A stretch of 64,000 nt of DNA from Sumerlaeia bacterium. GTDB taxonomy: Bacteria; Sumerlaeota; Sumerlaeia; SLMS01; JAHLLQ01. Both the position numbers and the translations under genes were made by a program. Within the stretch, counting starts at the first letter, position 1. Every line of letters begins with the position of its first letter. This document shows positions 54,256-64,000 of the stretch, in pieces. Location: NCBI GenBank assembly GCA_040219255.1, contig JAVJSW010000049.1:160001-224000 (forward strand), given 5' to 3'. Below the pieces are notes generated by a model. The model did no database searches, was not told the origin of the DNA, and saw only the letters and a list, made by a program, of their open reading frames with translations.

Positions 54256-54948
54256 TCACCACGGCCTCGGCGCATCCATCGCGAAAAACGGCAGGAACTC
54301 GCCGCTGGCTTCGCTGATGAGGATGTCGCGGTTGGCTTCGATTTCCGATTGCCAGGCGTGGGAGAGGTCGCGGGGGAAGCCTCGGACGATTTTCTCGCTG
54401 TAGCGCCGCGCCTGCTGCCAGACGGGGTGCGAGTGCGGTGCGGTGTCGAGGAGCCATGAGACCAAAGCCAATGCCCAATCGGGGGATTTGCTTAAATCAT
54501 GGCACACCCGGGCGAGTTCGTAAACGCTTAAAAGAAAGCGGTTGTAATCTTCTTCTTCCTCGACGGCGGATTGCATCAGGGCGCGGGCGTAGATGAGGGC
54601 GCGTTTGTTCTCGGCGCGCAGCAGGAGGGCGATGTCGAGGAACTTCATGAAGGCGAAGTTGCGGACGGCGACGGGCAGGTGGGGGTCGTCGGTGGCGATG
54701 TTGATGGCGCGGTCGATTTGATTGAGGGCGTCGCCGGCGCGGCCGCAAACGGCGTTCATCTGGGCGAGGTTGGCGCGGCAGATGAGGAGCGGCCGCTTGT
54801 CGTCGAGTTCCTCGGCGAGGCGCACGGCGCGGTGCATTTTGGGCAGGGCGGGGTCGAGATCGGGCGGGTTCTTGCCGCTGAACAAGGTGGCAGCCTCGCG
54901 CATCAGGGCGCTGATTCGCTGGCGCTTGAGCTTGTCGTCGTAATCCAT
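54256..54948 (-). CDS. hypothetical helical (TPR-like) protein
   Basis: Host-like codon usage; ANLAQMNAVCGRAGDALNQIDRAI resembles a TPR. Confidence 0.6.
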   Translation of the reverse strand: MDYDDKLKRQRISALMREAATLFSGKNPPDLDPALPKMHRAVRLAEELDDKRPLLICRANLAQMNAVCGRAGDALNQIDRAINIATDDPHLPVAVRNFAFMKFLDIALLLRAENKRALIYARALMQSAVEEEEDYNRFLLSVYELARVCHDLSKSPDWALALVSWLLDTAPHSHPVWQQARRYSEKIVRGFPRDLSHAWQSEIEANRDILISEASGEFLPFFAMDAPRPW

Positions 54949-55058
54949 CGGCCTGGCTTTCCGGCGCGGGCGGGGGAGGAAATCGCCTGCCAAAACGGCT
55001 CCCGCACTGGTGAGCATGGCGGAAATCGCCGCCACGATCAATGGGAAACACTTTGGCG

Positions 55059-55895
55059 TTAGTTGCCCTTTGATAAAAGTCGAGACACCAACCGCCCCCC
55101 GAACCCTCGCCTCCCCCCCGCCTCCGGCACCTCCCCAAACACATCCCACCCGTTCGCCTCCAGCGCATCCAACCGGCCGTGATAATATCCGGTGGTGGCT
55201 TTGAGGAGGTTGCGCGGCGGGCCGGGGGCAAGGAGCGCGGCGCCGGCTTCGCCTTGGGTCAGGAGTTTGCGGGCGCGTTCGGCCTCGAAGGCCACGAGGT
55301 CGCGCAGGGCGGGGGTGGGTTGGCGGGTGGTGAAGATGGATTCTTCGACCCCGAAGTTGGCCAGATCGTCGAGGGGCAACGCGATGACGCCGCGTTCGAG
55401 ATCGGCGGGCACGCTGGTGAGGAGTTGGGCGAGGCGGACACCATTGCCCCCGGCCAAGGCAGGCCCCCGGGCGGCGGCCGGATCGGCGCCGAGGACCTGG
55501 GCGAGGAGCAGGGCGAGGGTGCCGCCGGTTTGCTGGAGCTGGCCTTCGAGCTGGCGCCAGTCGCGCACCGACCGGCGGAAGACCTCCGCGCCGAGGCCGT
55601 CCATCAGCATGGTCAGGCGCAGGCGCGGGATGGCGTGGCGGGCGGCGATGGCGGCGGCGGTACGAAAGGGCTCGGGCGTGGCGGCGGGGTCCGCGAAGGC
55701 CTCGGCGAGGCGGGCGTGGGCGGTGGCCTGGATGTCGGCGAAGGCGCCGCCGCTGGCGCGGTGGGCGGTGTGGAACTGATGGCGGATTTCGTGGGCGAAG
55801 GCAAGCAGGCCGCGGACGTCCTGGCGCTGCGGTTTCGGCAGACGGCCCAGGGCAGAGGCGATGGGCGGTGGCGGGTCGGGGGATGAGAGGGGCAT
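55059..55895 (-). CDS. phytoene/squalene synthase-fold protein with degenerate Asp-rich motifs
   Basis: LGRLPKPQRQDVRGLLAF, LMDG, DLERGVIALPLDDLANFGV, LVAFEAERAR. Confidence 0.72.
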   Translation of the reverse strand: MPLSSPDPPPPIASALGRLPKPQRQDVRGLLAFAHEIRHQFHTAHRASGGAFADIQATAHARLAEAFADPAATPEPFRTAAAIAARHAIPRLRLTMLMDGLGAEVFRRSVRDWRQLEGQLQQTGGTLALLLAQVLGADPAAARGPALAGGNGVRLAQLLTSVPADLERGVIALPLDDLANFGVEESIFTTRQPTPALRDLVAFEAERARKLLTQGEAGAALLAPGPPRNLLKATTGYYHGRLDALEANGWDVFGEVPEAGGRRGFGGRLVSRLLSKGN

Positions 55896-56067
55896 GGGTT
55901 GGGTGACGGGCCGCGTTCGGCTGGCTGTGAGTCTGGTCAGAGCATGCGGCGTGCCGTGTTCGGTGCGCAACGTGATTGGGCTGGGCCTCGCGGCGGGAGA
56001 GCGAGAACTGTTACCGATGTCTCCGGTGTCGAGCGTCAGGCCTATGCCTGGTCGAACGAAATGCCGT

Positions 56068-57249
56068 TCAGGCCGCGCCCCCTGCCAGTAATGCCACCGC
56101 GCCTGGAATCAGGTTCCGCAGCGCCATGGCGAACCCCCATCCGGTCAGGAGCCCGCAGGCCAGGATCATGGCGTACTCGTAGCCGTAGAGCCGGGCGAGG
56201 GTCCAGCGGCTGGCGCCGAGAGCGACCATGGTGCGGCGCTCCGCCGCCCGCAGCCGCAGCGACAGCAGGCCGATCAGCACGAGGAACAGCAGGCCGCTGA
56301 GGGTGACGAAGGCGACGTTGGCGTCGAAGAGGCGCTTGGCGCGCAGAATGAGCGCCATGGTTTCCTCGACGACTCGCAGGGGAACGACGATCTGGGCGCT
56401 TTGGCCTTTGCCGAGATAGCGGCCGCGCAGGAGGGCCTCGGCCTTTTCGCTCTTCGGCACGGCGATCAGCGCCGTGATAGGCAGCGCCTCGGGCTCGGCG
56501 TGAAAGTGGAACGTCCCGCGGTTCTCGTCGGTGATGACCGTATAGGGCACCACGGCGGCGTTGGCGGTCACGTTGCCGGTGGCGTCGCGGTCGAGGACGA
56601 GGGCTTCGTTCCGCGCCACGTCCTCATGACCGTGGCCGATGCCATCGATGATCCATGCGGTCTTGGTATCGACGAAGACGGCTTCGTCGTCTGCTGTGCG
56701 AGCGGGCGCCAGAACGCCCCGGACGTTGAGCTGCAGCGGCTTGGCCCCCGCCAGATCGAACAGGTTGGCGGTGTCCGTGACCAGCGTGTCGCCCGGCTCG
56801 AGGCCGAGCGTCTGCGCCGCCACCGCGCCGAGCACGCAGTCGCCGATGACCAGCAGCGGCGCACCGGCGGCGAGTTCGAGGCCGCGGAAGCCAAAGTAGT
56901 CGGGGCTTGTGCCCACCACGGGGAAATCGCCGGCCGTGTAGCGCACGTGGAGAGGAATGGCCAGGGCGTAGCCGCTGTCGCGGACGCGATGAGCTTCCGC
57001 CAGCGAGATTTCCTCCGCCGCTTGGCCCTTGAAATAGAGCGTGTGTAAGACGAGATCGAGTTCGCTGCCTTTGGGCCCGATCACCAGCGGCGTGGCGCGG
57101 GCGCGGGCGAGCCATTGGCTCTCGAATTCGATCAGCAGTCCGTTCAGCGCCACCGGCATCGCCACCATGAGCGCGATCGCCACCATCAGAATCATGCTGC
57201 GGGGCCAATGGTAGGTAAGCGAACGGAGCGCGAGGCGGAAAACGGTCAT
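56068..57249 (-). CDS. ABC transporter permease (FtsX/MacB-like)
   Basis: LALRSL, LVIGPKGSELDLVL, PVVGTSPDYF, TMVALGASR. Confidence 0.8.
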   Translation of the reverse strand: MTVFRLALRSLTYHWPRSMILMVAIALMVAMPVALNGLLIEFESQWLARARATPLVIGPKGSELDLVLHTLYFKGQAAEEISLAEAHRVRDSGYALAIPLHVRYTAGDFPVVGTSPDYFGFRGLELAAGAPLLVIGDCVLGAVAAQTLGLEPGDTLVTDTANLFDLAGAKPLQLNVRGVLAPARTADDEAVFVDTKTAWIIDGIGHGHEDVARNEALVLDRDATGNVTANAAVVPYTVITDENRGTFHFHAEPEALPITALIAVPKSEKAEALLRGRYLGKGQSAQIVVPLRVVEETMALILRAKRLFDANVAFVTLSGLLFLVLIGLLSLRLRAAERRTMVALGASRWTLARLYGYEYAMILACGLLTGWGFAMALRNLIPGAVALLAGGAA

Positions 57250-57288
57250 GGTCCGAGGCGGGCGCGGAGGGCGGCCAGCGTTGAAGCC

Positions 57289-60200
57289 CTAACGGCTCCC
57301 GCGGCGGGTCTCAAGGCGCTTCCACTCGACGCGCACCGTTTCCTTTTCTCCCGCTTCCGTTTCGAGGAGCACGGTGCCTTCCGCACCACCCCGGCGAATG
57401 CGCGAGGCGTCGACGATGAACCGAACGGTCTGCACCGCATCGCCCCAGAGTTCGCCACTCTCGGGCTCGACCCTCAGCCAGCGGTCGCGGCTCTCGGCCC
57501 GCCACCGCATGACACCGCCCCCGGCGTTGCGGATCGCGAGAGAACCTTCCGTCTCGGCATTGTCTTCGCCATAGAGGAGCAGGCTCCGCGCCGGTTCGAT
57601 GGCGAGCGCCGGCCGGCCGCCAGCGACAACCTGGACGTCGTCGAGGCGGAACCCGGCTCCGTCCTTTCGGTCTTCGCCCGGGTTGGCGAAATGGACGAAT
57701 CGAACGCGGAATTCCCCGTCCAGGCTCAGGCCCCGCCTACGCCGGGCCAAGGCCGTCAGATCGATTTCGCCGCGCCGCCAATCGCCATCCTCGGGAAAGG
57801 CCCCGGCAAACCACCAGCGCTGGCCATCGGAGCTGACGAAGACGCCATCGGCGGGGGCGAGGGACGCGCCGAAATCCGCCCCGGCCTTAGCGCTCTGCAC
57901 CGTTTCGCCAGGCAGGGTTTGGCTGCGAAAGGACAGCACGAGCGGATCGCGGGACCTGTGAGCCGAGGCATCCAGCCGGAGTTCGAGGATGCTGCTCCAG
58001 GGCCCTTCGGCCTTGCCCGTGCCCCGGCCGATGAGAGCTTCGCCCTTGAACGAGCCGACAAGCCCCGGGGACCCAGGAGCCGCCAGCGCCAGCCAACCCG
58101 GGCCGAAGCCCTCGCCGGAGAAATCGTCACCAAAGGGCACTGGCTGGCTCGGCAGGCGATCCGCCACGGCGAGCACCACTCGGACACCGGCCACCTCGCC
58201 ATCGGGTGAAACGACCCACAGATCGCCAGAGTAGGAGCCCTCCGGCAAACCGGAGGCGTCGGCGGTCAGGGCGAGTTGGGCCTCGGCACCATGGGGGCCG
58301 AGAGGCGGCTGCTCTCCGGGGCGGCCCTGCGCGAGCCGCATCCAGCCCCGGCCCCTATCGTCCAATTCCACATACCAGCCCCGCGCGGCCTGGTCCCCCA
58401 CGTTTCGGACCGCGAATTCGATGGGCGCCGCGGCTTCGCCGGGGGTCGCCACCAATAGGGCCTCCGTCCGTGCCGGGATCAATTTCGCCCGTCCCGATTC
58501 CGCCAGGACCCGAACGTCGTCGATGCCGATGCCGCCGCGCTGGCGCTTGTCGTCGTGGGCGCCGGAGGTGGACACGTTGAAGCGCAGGAAGAGCGGGGCC
58601 TGGGCATCGAGGGCTCCTGGAGCGTAGCTTTCGATTTCACGCAGCCGTTCGCTCAGGTCGACCCGGTACGGCGCCCATTTATTGGTCAGCATGCAGCCGC
58701 GCAAGGGCTGGATCTCGAACCACTGGCGGCGGTCCGTGCTGACCGCGATGCCGTCGAATGGCAAGCCGGTGCCATCGCCGGGATAGGCGAAGGGGCCGGC
58801 GTGGGGGAAGCAGGACACCAGTTTGCCAAGCGGGCTTTCCTCTTCCGAAAAGCCGATCGCCGCGTACTCGAGAGTGAGTTCCCGCCCGCGCAACGCACCT
58901 CGCTCCAGCCGCAGTTCGAGGGCCGGATTGGCGAGGGATTCGTCCCCCGGTTCGGCGTTGTCGAGGACCACGAAGTACGCGCCTCCGTCCGGGTTCGTCT
59001 TCGTCTTGGCGACGCGTTCGATGCGCGCGCGGGCGCCGGGCTCCGCGCCTCCCGCTCGTGTCCAGGAAGGTCCCGGAAAGACCCCGTCCTCGAAGCTGTC
59101 CTCGAAGACTGGGCCGATGGAGGATTCGCGTTCGCGGATGGGCGCGCGGATGGGGGTGGCCAGGGCCGCGCGGGCTTGGGCGGGGCGGGGGGCGGGGGCG
59201 CTTTCCCCGAGAACGCGGAGCCGGAATTCCCGGCCGCCGCTCTCGATCCGGAGGAGGCCGCTGGCGGTGGCGCTTTCCGCGATCAGCCGCACCCGGCCGG
59301 GCCGCTCGCCATCCGGTGGCACAAAGACCGGCAGGAACCCTTCGCCCTCGCGAAGGAGGCGCGGCGGGTCGGCGGTTCCTTCACCCAGGGCCGCCAATTC
59401 GACTTCCGTGAAGGTGCCCGGGGCTCCAAGACGAACGGAGGCCTGAAGGGGTTTGTAGGCGGGCGCGTCGCCAGCGGCGGGACTTGCCGTACCGGCGAAG
59501 CTGGCGGCGCTCGCCGCCCCGGCCCGGGAGTTGGTCCGCGGAGCCACCTGATTCCGCAAGAACAGATCGCGGGCATCCGGCGCCGTGGCGCGGGCCGGCT
59601 CTGGCTCGGCGAGGCGGGCGAGCGGTTGCTGGCCCTGGACGGAGCGCAGGCGCAGGCCTTGGAACAGGTTGCCCGCCGCCATGGGTCCGATCAGGCCCGC
59701 GCTGTAATCGCGATAGGTCTTGGTGCCCAACTGGTGAAAACCTTCTCCGGCGAAGGACGCGGTGCAATCCACGAAGGCGTTCCCCAATGCCAGCGGCCCC
59801 AGGTTCGGCACCACTCCGGGTCCCCAATCCATCTGGAATGCGCGCGCCCGGCCGGTGAAGGACAGATAGACGTCGCGCGTCTCGGGGCGCCGGAAATCGA
59901 GGGAGGGAACATCGACCCGTATGGTCTGCTCGCAGCCGTAGAGCGGCACGTCGACCCGCGCCACCGGCTCCGAGCCGAGGCTATCGAGATGCACGTTGAG
60001 TGTTCCGCCATCGTGCGAGAACCGGGTATCGGCGCGCAGTTCAACGCTTCCTCGCCCACTCAACGGCACGGCCCGAAAGACGGCGAAGCCAAGGTGGGCG
60101 GCCTCGACAAGCTGGTCGTGCTCCGCCCCAGCCACCTGGACGCCATCGGTGGCGTCTGGCGCGCCAAGGGGTTGTCCATTGACCGCCAGGCCGCTGAGGT

Positions 60201-62511
60201 TGAACAGCGCGGGCCGGAACCAGCGAAGCCGGTCCTCTCCGCAGAGTTCGCGCTCCGGCGGCAGCTTGAGAGCCAACAGGAATCCATCGCCCAACACGTC
60301 CTCGGCCGCTTCGCCGCGCATCACGTTCCAGTAATTCGGCGCGTCCATGTCTGCCGCGATGGTGCGGGCCGAGGCGGTACCCCAACTGCGGTTGCCTTCG
60401 GCGATGTTGCCAAAGCAATTCCCATCGAGCCGGATGGCGGTGCTGGCGCTCTTGCGCGGGTTCAGGCGCGCGCGCACGTTCTCTGGAATGCCGCGCAGCC
60501 GGTTGCGGTATTGGACCTGATCGCCGTAGGCCTCCAGGAGCAGAAACGCGCTCGTCTGGTCTGGCGCCACGCGCCAGGGCTCGGCCACCGTGATCGTGTT
60601 GGCCTCCGGGTCCATGCGCTCCACCGCGCGGTACTGGCCCAGGCCGCGTCCGTGGGTGATGACCAGAGTGAGGCCGCGGGCGTTTTCCGGGAGGATCCCA
60701 AAGCGCTCGAGTCCCCGCCGCACCGTATTCATCGGCCGGGCGCGGGGGTCGCGCAGCCAGAGGTCCTCACCGAGCACCAGCCCGTCGCCGCGCGGAACGA
60801 TGGTCCGGCCGCCATCGCGCACGGAAGCCACCTGGCCAAAGGTGCTGTCGAGAACGTGGTAGAGAATGATCTCGCCTTTGTTGCCGGGGAAGTACGTATC
60901 CCAGGCGTCGTTGTCCGCGATGTAGGCGTGCCATGGCAGCACGTCCGGGTGCTTGGCGGAACTCAGCATCCGCTTGGCGGTCATGGCTTGCGGGGTGAAG
61001 TCCTCGAAGGCCACAGAGGTCCGGACTGTCGCCTCCTCCATCACGAACCGGGAAGGCGTCACGGAAATGGGGGCTTCGGCCCCCCAATTGCGGTCGTCGT
61101 GCTTACCGCCGTGGAACAGGTTCTCGCCGTGCAGCCAATGATCGCTGCCGATCAGGACGAGTTGGCCTTCCAGTTCCAGGTTTTCGATTTCGACCCGGTG
61201 GGCGTTCAGGCGAATGTGGAAATCCTGGCCGTCGCGGGCGCGCTCGGCGAAGCTCCGGTCCGGGTAGCCGGTGAAGCCGCTGCGGCGGGCTTTCACATCG
61301 CGGATCACGACGTCCGTCGCGAAATGATCAGCCGAGGCGATGGGGCCGGTCACCACGCCACGCGATGGGGCGAAGATGTTCGCGTTCCCTCCCACCGCCA
61401 GGGTCACGTTCTCCACGGCGATGCCGCTGGCCTTGGCGGGGACGGAAATAAAGGCCTCGCCGCGTTTCTTCGTCACTTGAAAAGTCAGCACCGTCTGCGC
61501 GCCAGGAGCTGCACCCATCAGCCGCGTGTTCGAATCCAGCATGATCGGTTCGCTGATGGTGAAGCGCGAGCCCGCGAACAGCAACGTGCCGCCGCCGGCT
61601 GCGCTCAAGGCCCGCGTCGCCGCGTCGAGCACGGGCGGACAGGGCGGCGTCGTGCAATCGTCCACGGCACAGACGCCGCCATCACAGGTCCAGACGCCGA
61701 GAACCCGGGGAGTATCGCCCACGCGCGCCAGACCCGGAATTTCCGAGGCGCGCTCGCGGTACTTGGCCGCCTCGCGGGCGTTGTCCGTCAACACGGCGAC
61801 GGCGCGGGTGTAGGCGGGCGCTTGCGGCGCGAGGATTTCCAGGGCGTCCTCCAGCCGCCCCCGCCCCGCTTCGCCGCCCACGCCGGTATCCACCGCCACG
61901 GTGTAGCGCCCCCCCGCTTCGGCCTGCGGCGGCACGCGAAACCAGACGGCGTAAGGATTGGCGCGCAGGACCTCGCAGCGCAGGGGCTCGGCGCCCGGCC
62001 GCTCCAGCGTCACCGCCGCCAAGTCCCGCGCGGCCGGTGCGCCCGCGTCCTCCGAGTCCCGGTGGCCGCGCGTCAGGTTGACGCCAAAGGCACGCTTCAT
62101 CGCACCCGGCTCGGCCATGTCGCCCAGAGGCCCGATCCAGCGCACTTCGGGCTGATTGACGGCGACCGGCTCGCTCTCGCCCGCGTCCGTTTCCACCCAA
62201 AGCCAGAAGGGATCGAAGGGGGTTCCGGGGAGGTCCTCAGGAACTCCAGCGACGATCAGGTCGTCTGCGGTTTCCCAGATGGCGGCAGCGGTGCCCCGCT
62301 CCGGATCGGCCGCGGGTGCCACCCAGACGCGGGTGTCCGTCCCGGCCAAGTCGCCCCCGTGCGCCGTGAAGTCCACGCCGCTCAGCGTCATGGCCTCGCC
62401 GCGCGCCACGGTGCGGTGGAACTCGGCGAGGGCGGGCTCCTGGGCGGGCAGGGTGCCCGGGCGCAACATGAACAGAATCAGGCAAACAAGGGACAAGACG
62501 GCAAGACGCAT
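57289..62511 (-). CDS. very large secreted modular protein (beta-helix core, CBM6-like segment, BACON-like Ig domains)
   Basis: Signal peptide, AAGGGTLLF beta-helix start, GGTLNVHLDS...DVYLSFTG (CBM6-like), IRNAGGGVMRW...WLRVEPESG (BACON-like). Confidence 0.7.
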   Translation of the reverse strand: MRLAVLSLVCLILFMLRPGTLPAQEPALAEFHRTVARGEAMTLSGVDFTAHGGDLAGTDTRVWVAPAADPERGTAAAIWETADDLIVAGVPEDLPGTPFDPFWLWVETDAGESEPVAVNQPEVRWIGPLGDMAEPGAMKRAFGVNLTRGHRDSEDAGAPAARDLAAVTLERPGAEPLRCEVLRANPYAVWFRVPPQAEAGGRYTVAVDTGVGGEAGRGRLEDALEILAPQAPAYTRAVAVLTDNAREAAKYRERASEIPGLARVGDTPRVLGVWTCDGGVCAVDDCTTPPCPPVLDAATRALSAAGGGTLLFAGSRFTISEPIMLDSNTRLMGAAPGAQTVLTFQVTKKRGEAFISVPAKASGIAVENVTLAVGGNANIFAPSRGVVTGPIASADHFATDVVIRDVKARRSGFTGYPDRSFAERARDGQDFHIRLNAHRVEIENLELEGQLVLIGSDHWLHGENLFHGGKHDDRNWGAEAPISVTPSRFVMEEATVRTSVAFEDFTPQAMTAKRMLSSAKHPDVLPWHAYIADNDAWDTYFPGNKGEIILYHVLDSTFGQVASVRDGGRTIVPRGDGLVLGEDLWLRDPRARPMNTVRRGLERFGILPENARGLTLVITHGRGLGQYRAVERMDPEANTITVAEPWRVAPDQTSAFLLLEAYGDQVQYRNRLRGIPENVRARLNPRKSASTAIRLDGNCFGNIAEGNRSWGTASARTIAADMDAPNYWNVMRGEAAEDVLGDGFLLALKLPPERELCGEDRLRWFRPALFNLSGLAVNGQPLGAPDATDGVQVAGAEHDQLVEAAHLGFAVFRAVPLSGRGSVELRADTRFSHDGGTLNVHLDSLGSEPVARVDVPLYGCEQTIRVDVPSLDFRRPETRDVYLSFTGRARAFQMDWGPGVVPNLGPLALGNAFVDCTASFAGEGFHQLGTKTYRDYSAGLIGPMAAGNLFQGLRLRSVQGQQPLARLAEPEPARATAPDARDLFLRNQVAPRTNSRAGAASAASFAGTASPAAGDAPAYKPLQASVRLGAPGTFTEVELAALGEGTADPPRLLREGEGFLPVFVPPDGERPGRVRLIAESATASGLLRIESGGREFRLRVLGESAPAPRPAQARAALATPIRAPIRERESSIGPVFEDSFEDGVFPGPSWTRAGGAEPGARARIERVAKTKTNPDGGAYFVVLDNAEPGDESLANPALELRLERGALRGRELTLEYAAIGFSEEESPLGKLVSCFPHAGPFAYPGDGTGLPFDGIAVSTDRRQWFEIQPLRGCMLTNKWAPYRVDLSERLREIESYAPGALDAQAPLFLRFNVSTSGAHDDKRQRGGIGIDDVRVLAESGRAKLIPARTEALLVATPGEAAAPIEFAVRNVGDQAARGWYVELDDRGRGWMRLAQGRPGEQPPLGPHGAEAQLALTADASGLPEGSYSGDLWVVSPDGEVAGVRVVLAVADRLPSQPVPFGDDFSGEGFGPGWLALAAPGSPGLVGSFKGEALIGRGTGKAEGPWSSILELRLDASAHRSRDPLVLSFRSQTLPGETVQSAKAGADFGASLAPADGVFVSSDGQRWWFAGAFPEDGDWRRGEIDLTALARRRRGLSLDGEFRVRFVHFANPGEDRKDGAGFRLDDVQVVAGGRPALAIEPARSLLLYGEDNAETEGSLAIRNAGGGVMRWRAESRDRWLRVEPESGELWGDAVQTVRFIVDASRIRRGGAEGTVLLETEAGEKETVRVEWKRLETRRGSR

Positions 62512-62640
62512 GAGAATCGGCGGGGGCTCCGGGACTTCGAATTGGGCTGAGTGACAAACGAGAGCCATGCCGGGTTCGCCCGAGGGGATCGAGGCGGAAT
62601 TGTTTCGCGGCGAAAAAAAGGGCTTGCCAGCCGCGCCCAT

Positions 62641-62673
62641 CTGTCCTAGTCAAATTAGGACAGTTAGAACAGT
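62641..62673. promoter_or_regulatory. probable GntR/YtrA-family operator overlapping the promoter
   Basis: CTGTCCTA-N7-TAGGACAG palindrome plus an extra TAGAACAG half-site, after TTGCCA and before the GGAGG RBS. Confidence 0.7.
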
Positions 62674-62687
62674 GGAGGCATAACGCC

Positions 62688-63089
62688 ATGTTCTTCGAGG
62701 TAGACCTGCAGGGCGGCAAACCCGTCTATCAGCAGATGATCGATCAAGCCAAGTACGCCATCGCCAGCGGGCGGCTGCGGGCGGGCGACCGCTTGCCCAG
62801 CGTGCGCGAGGCGGCGGTCGCGTTGCGCGTGAACCGCAACACCGTCTCGCGCGTGTACAGCGAACTGGAACGCGAGGGCCTCGTCTACTCCCGGCCCGGC
62901 CAAGGCAGTTTCGTATCGGAACGCGCCACCGGCTCGGACCTGAGCGCGGCGTTTCGCCGCGAGCAACTCGCCGCGCGAGCCGACGACCTTTTAGCACAGG
63001 CTAAGTTGTTTCACTTCAACCGCGACGAAACCATGGAACTCATCTCCGCGCGCGCCGAAATCGTCTTCGGCTCCGCTCCCCACCGCTAA
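62688..63089 (+). CDS. GntR-family (YtrA-type) transcriptional regulator
   Basis: PVYQQMIDQ, GDRLPSVRE, VNRNTVSRVYSELEREG, GQGSFV. Confidence 0.93.
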   Translation: MFFEVDLQGGKPVYQQMIDQAKYAIASGRLRAGDRLPSVREAAVALRVNRNTVSRVYSELEREGLVYSRPGQGSFVSERATGSDLSAAFRREQLAARADDLLAQAKLFHFNRDETMELISARAEIVFGSAPHR

Positions 63090-63103
63090 GGAGACTTTCG
63101 AAA

Positions 63104-64000
63104 ATGAAAACGGACTACGCGATTCAGACAGACAGTTTAGGACGCCGCTTTGGCCGCCAATGGGCGGTGCGCCATCTCGGCCTGGAAGTCCCCCGCGGCA
63201 GCGTGTACGGCTTCCTGGGCCTGAACGGCGCCGGCAAATCGACCACCATGCGGATGCTGATGGGGCTCCTCGAGCCGCACGAGGGCGAGGCCAGCGTACT
63301 CGGCCTCGACCCCTCGCGCGAGCCCCTGCCGGTGCGCCGCCGCGTCGGCTACGTGGCCGACCGCGCCTATATGTACGAGTGGATGACGATCCGCGAGATC
63401 ATCGCCTTCGTGGCCCACTACCGGCGCGAGCACTGGGACCGCGCCATGGCCGACCACTTGGCCAAGGTGTTCAAACTGCCCCTCGACCAGAAGATCAAGA
63501 CCCTCTCGAAAGGTCAGGCGGCCAAGGTCTCGCTGCTGCTGGCGATGGGGTTCGATCCGGAGATGCTGATCCTGGACGAACCGACCGGCGGCCTGGACCC
63601 GGTGGTGCGGCGCGAGTTCGTCGAAAATCTGCTGGCCGAGTACATGGAAAGCGGCCGCACGGTTTTCATCAGCTCGCACCTGGTCAATGAAATCGCCGGG
63701 CTGGTGGACCGCGTCGGGATTATCAAGGACGGCGAACTGATCCGCCAGGCGCCGGTGGATGACTTGCGCAATGAAATCAAGCGCGCCCGCCTGGTTTTCC
63801 CGGAATTCGTGCCGGTGAAACTCGACGGCGTCGAAGGCGTCTTGAGCATCCGAGCCCGTGATCGCGAGGCGGCCGTGCTGCTCGAGCGCTTCAACCCGGA
63901 AACGACGCCCAAGGCGCTGGAAAGCTGCGGCGCGGAATCGGTGCGCATCGAGGACCTGAGCCTGGAAGACATCTTTGTGGCGCTCGCGGAAGAGCGGCCG
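63104..64000 (+). CDS. ABC transporter ATP-binding protein (YtrB-like), runs to the window end
   Basis: AAGGAG RBS; manual translation gives GLNGAGKSTT, LSKGQ, ILDEPTGGLDP, ISSH. Confidence 0.92.
   Translation, partial: MKTDYAIQTDSLGRRFGRQWAVRHLGLEVPRGSVYGFLGLNGAGKSTTMRMLMGLLEPHEGEASVLGLDPSREPLPVRRRVGYVADRAYMYEWMTIREIIAFVAHYRREHWDRAMADHLAKVFKLPLDQKIKTLSKGQAAKVSLLLAMGFDPEMLILDEPTGGLDPVVRREFVENLLAEYMESGRTVFISSHLVNEIAGLVDRVGIIKDGELIRQAPVDDLRNEIKRARLVFPEFVPVKLDGVEGVLSIRARDREAAVLLERFNPETTPKALESCGAESVRIEDLSLEDIFVALAEERP

Overview
GC-rich bacterial chromosomal window. The paralogous pseudopilin-like genes ending in YDPTNGT and the secreted proteins with a C-terminal W-x-x-[YL]-[ED] motif suggest Ca. 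Sumerlaeota/BRC1 or a relative (inference). Most of the window is housekeeping and envelope genes: a sugar ABC transporter with ROK regulator, miaB, a GldAFG-like ABC system, P-II, trpA, larE, hslU, an OafA-type acyltransferase, sucD, acnA, a YtrA-like GntR/ABC operon and several large secreted proteins. The main result is a stand-alone miniature type V CRISPR-Cas locus between sucD and acnA. It has a 460-aa Cas12f1-like RuvC nuclease with an intact D/E/D triad (47218-48600) and a structured candidate tracrRNA with two anti-repeat segments and three hairpins sharing a TCTCGC motif. It also has a type I-C-like leader and an array of 13 repeats (32 nt) and 12 spacers (48939-49766); there is no cas1, cas2 or cas4 in the window. 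The last repeat breaks off at a 40-bp element that recurs inverted on the far side of acnA, beside a tRNA-3'-end-like fragment and an AT-rich HEPN-motif gene. Other oddities are a histidine kinase lacking its phospho-His, a phytoene-synthase-fold protein without DDxxD motifs, and a secreted protein with eight GADPF repeats. All calls come from reading the sequence; no database searches were run.
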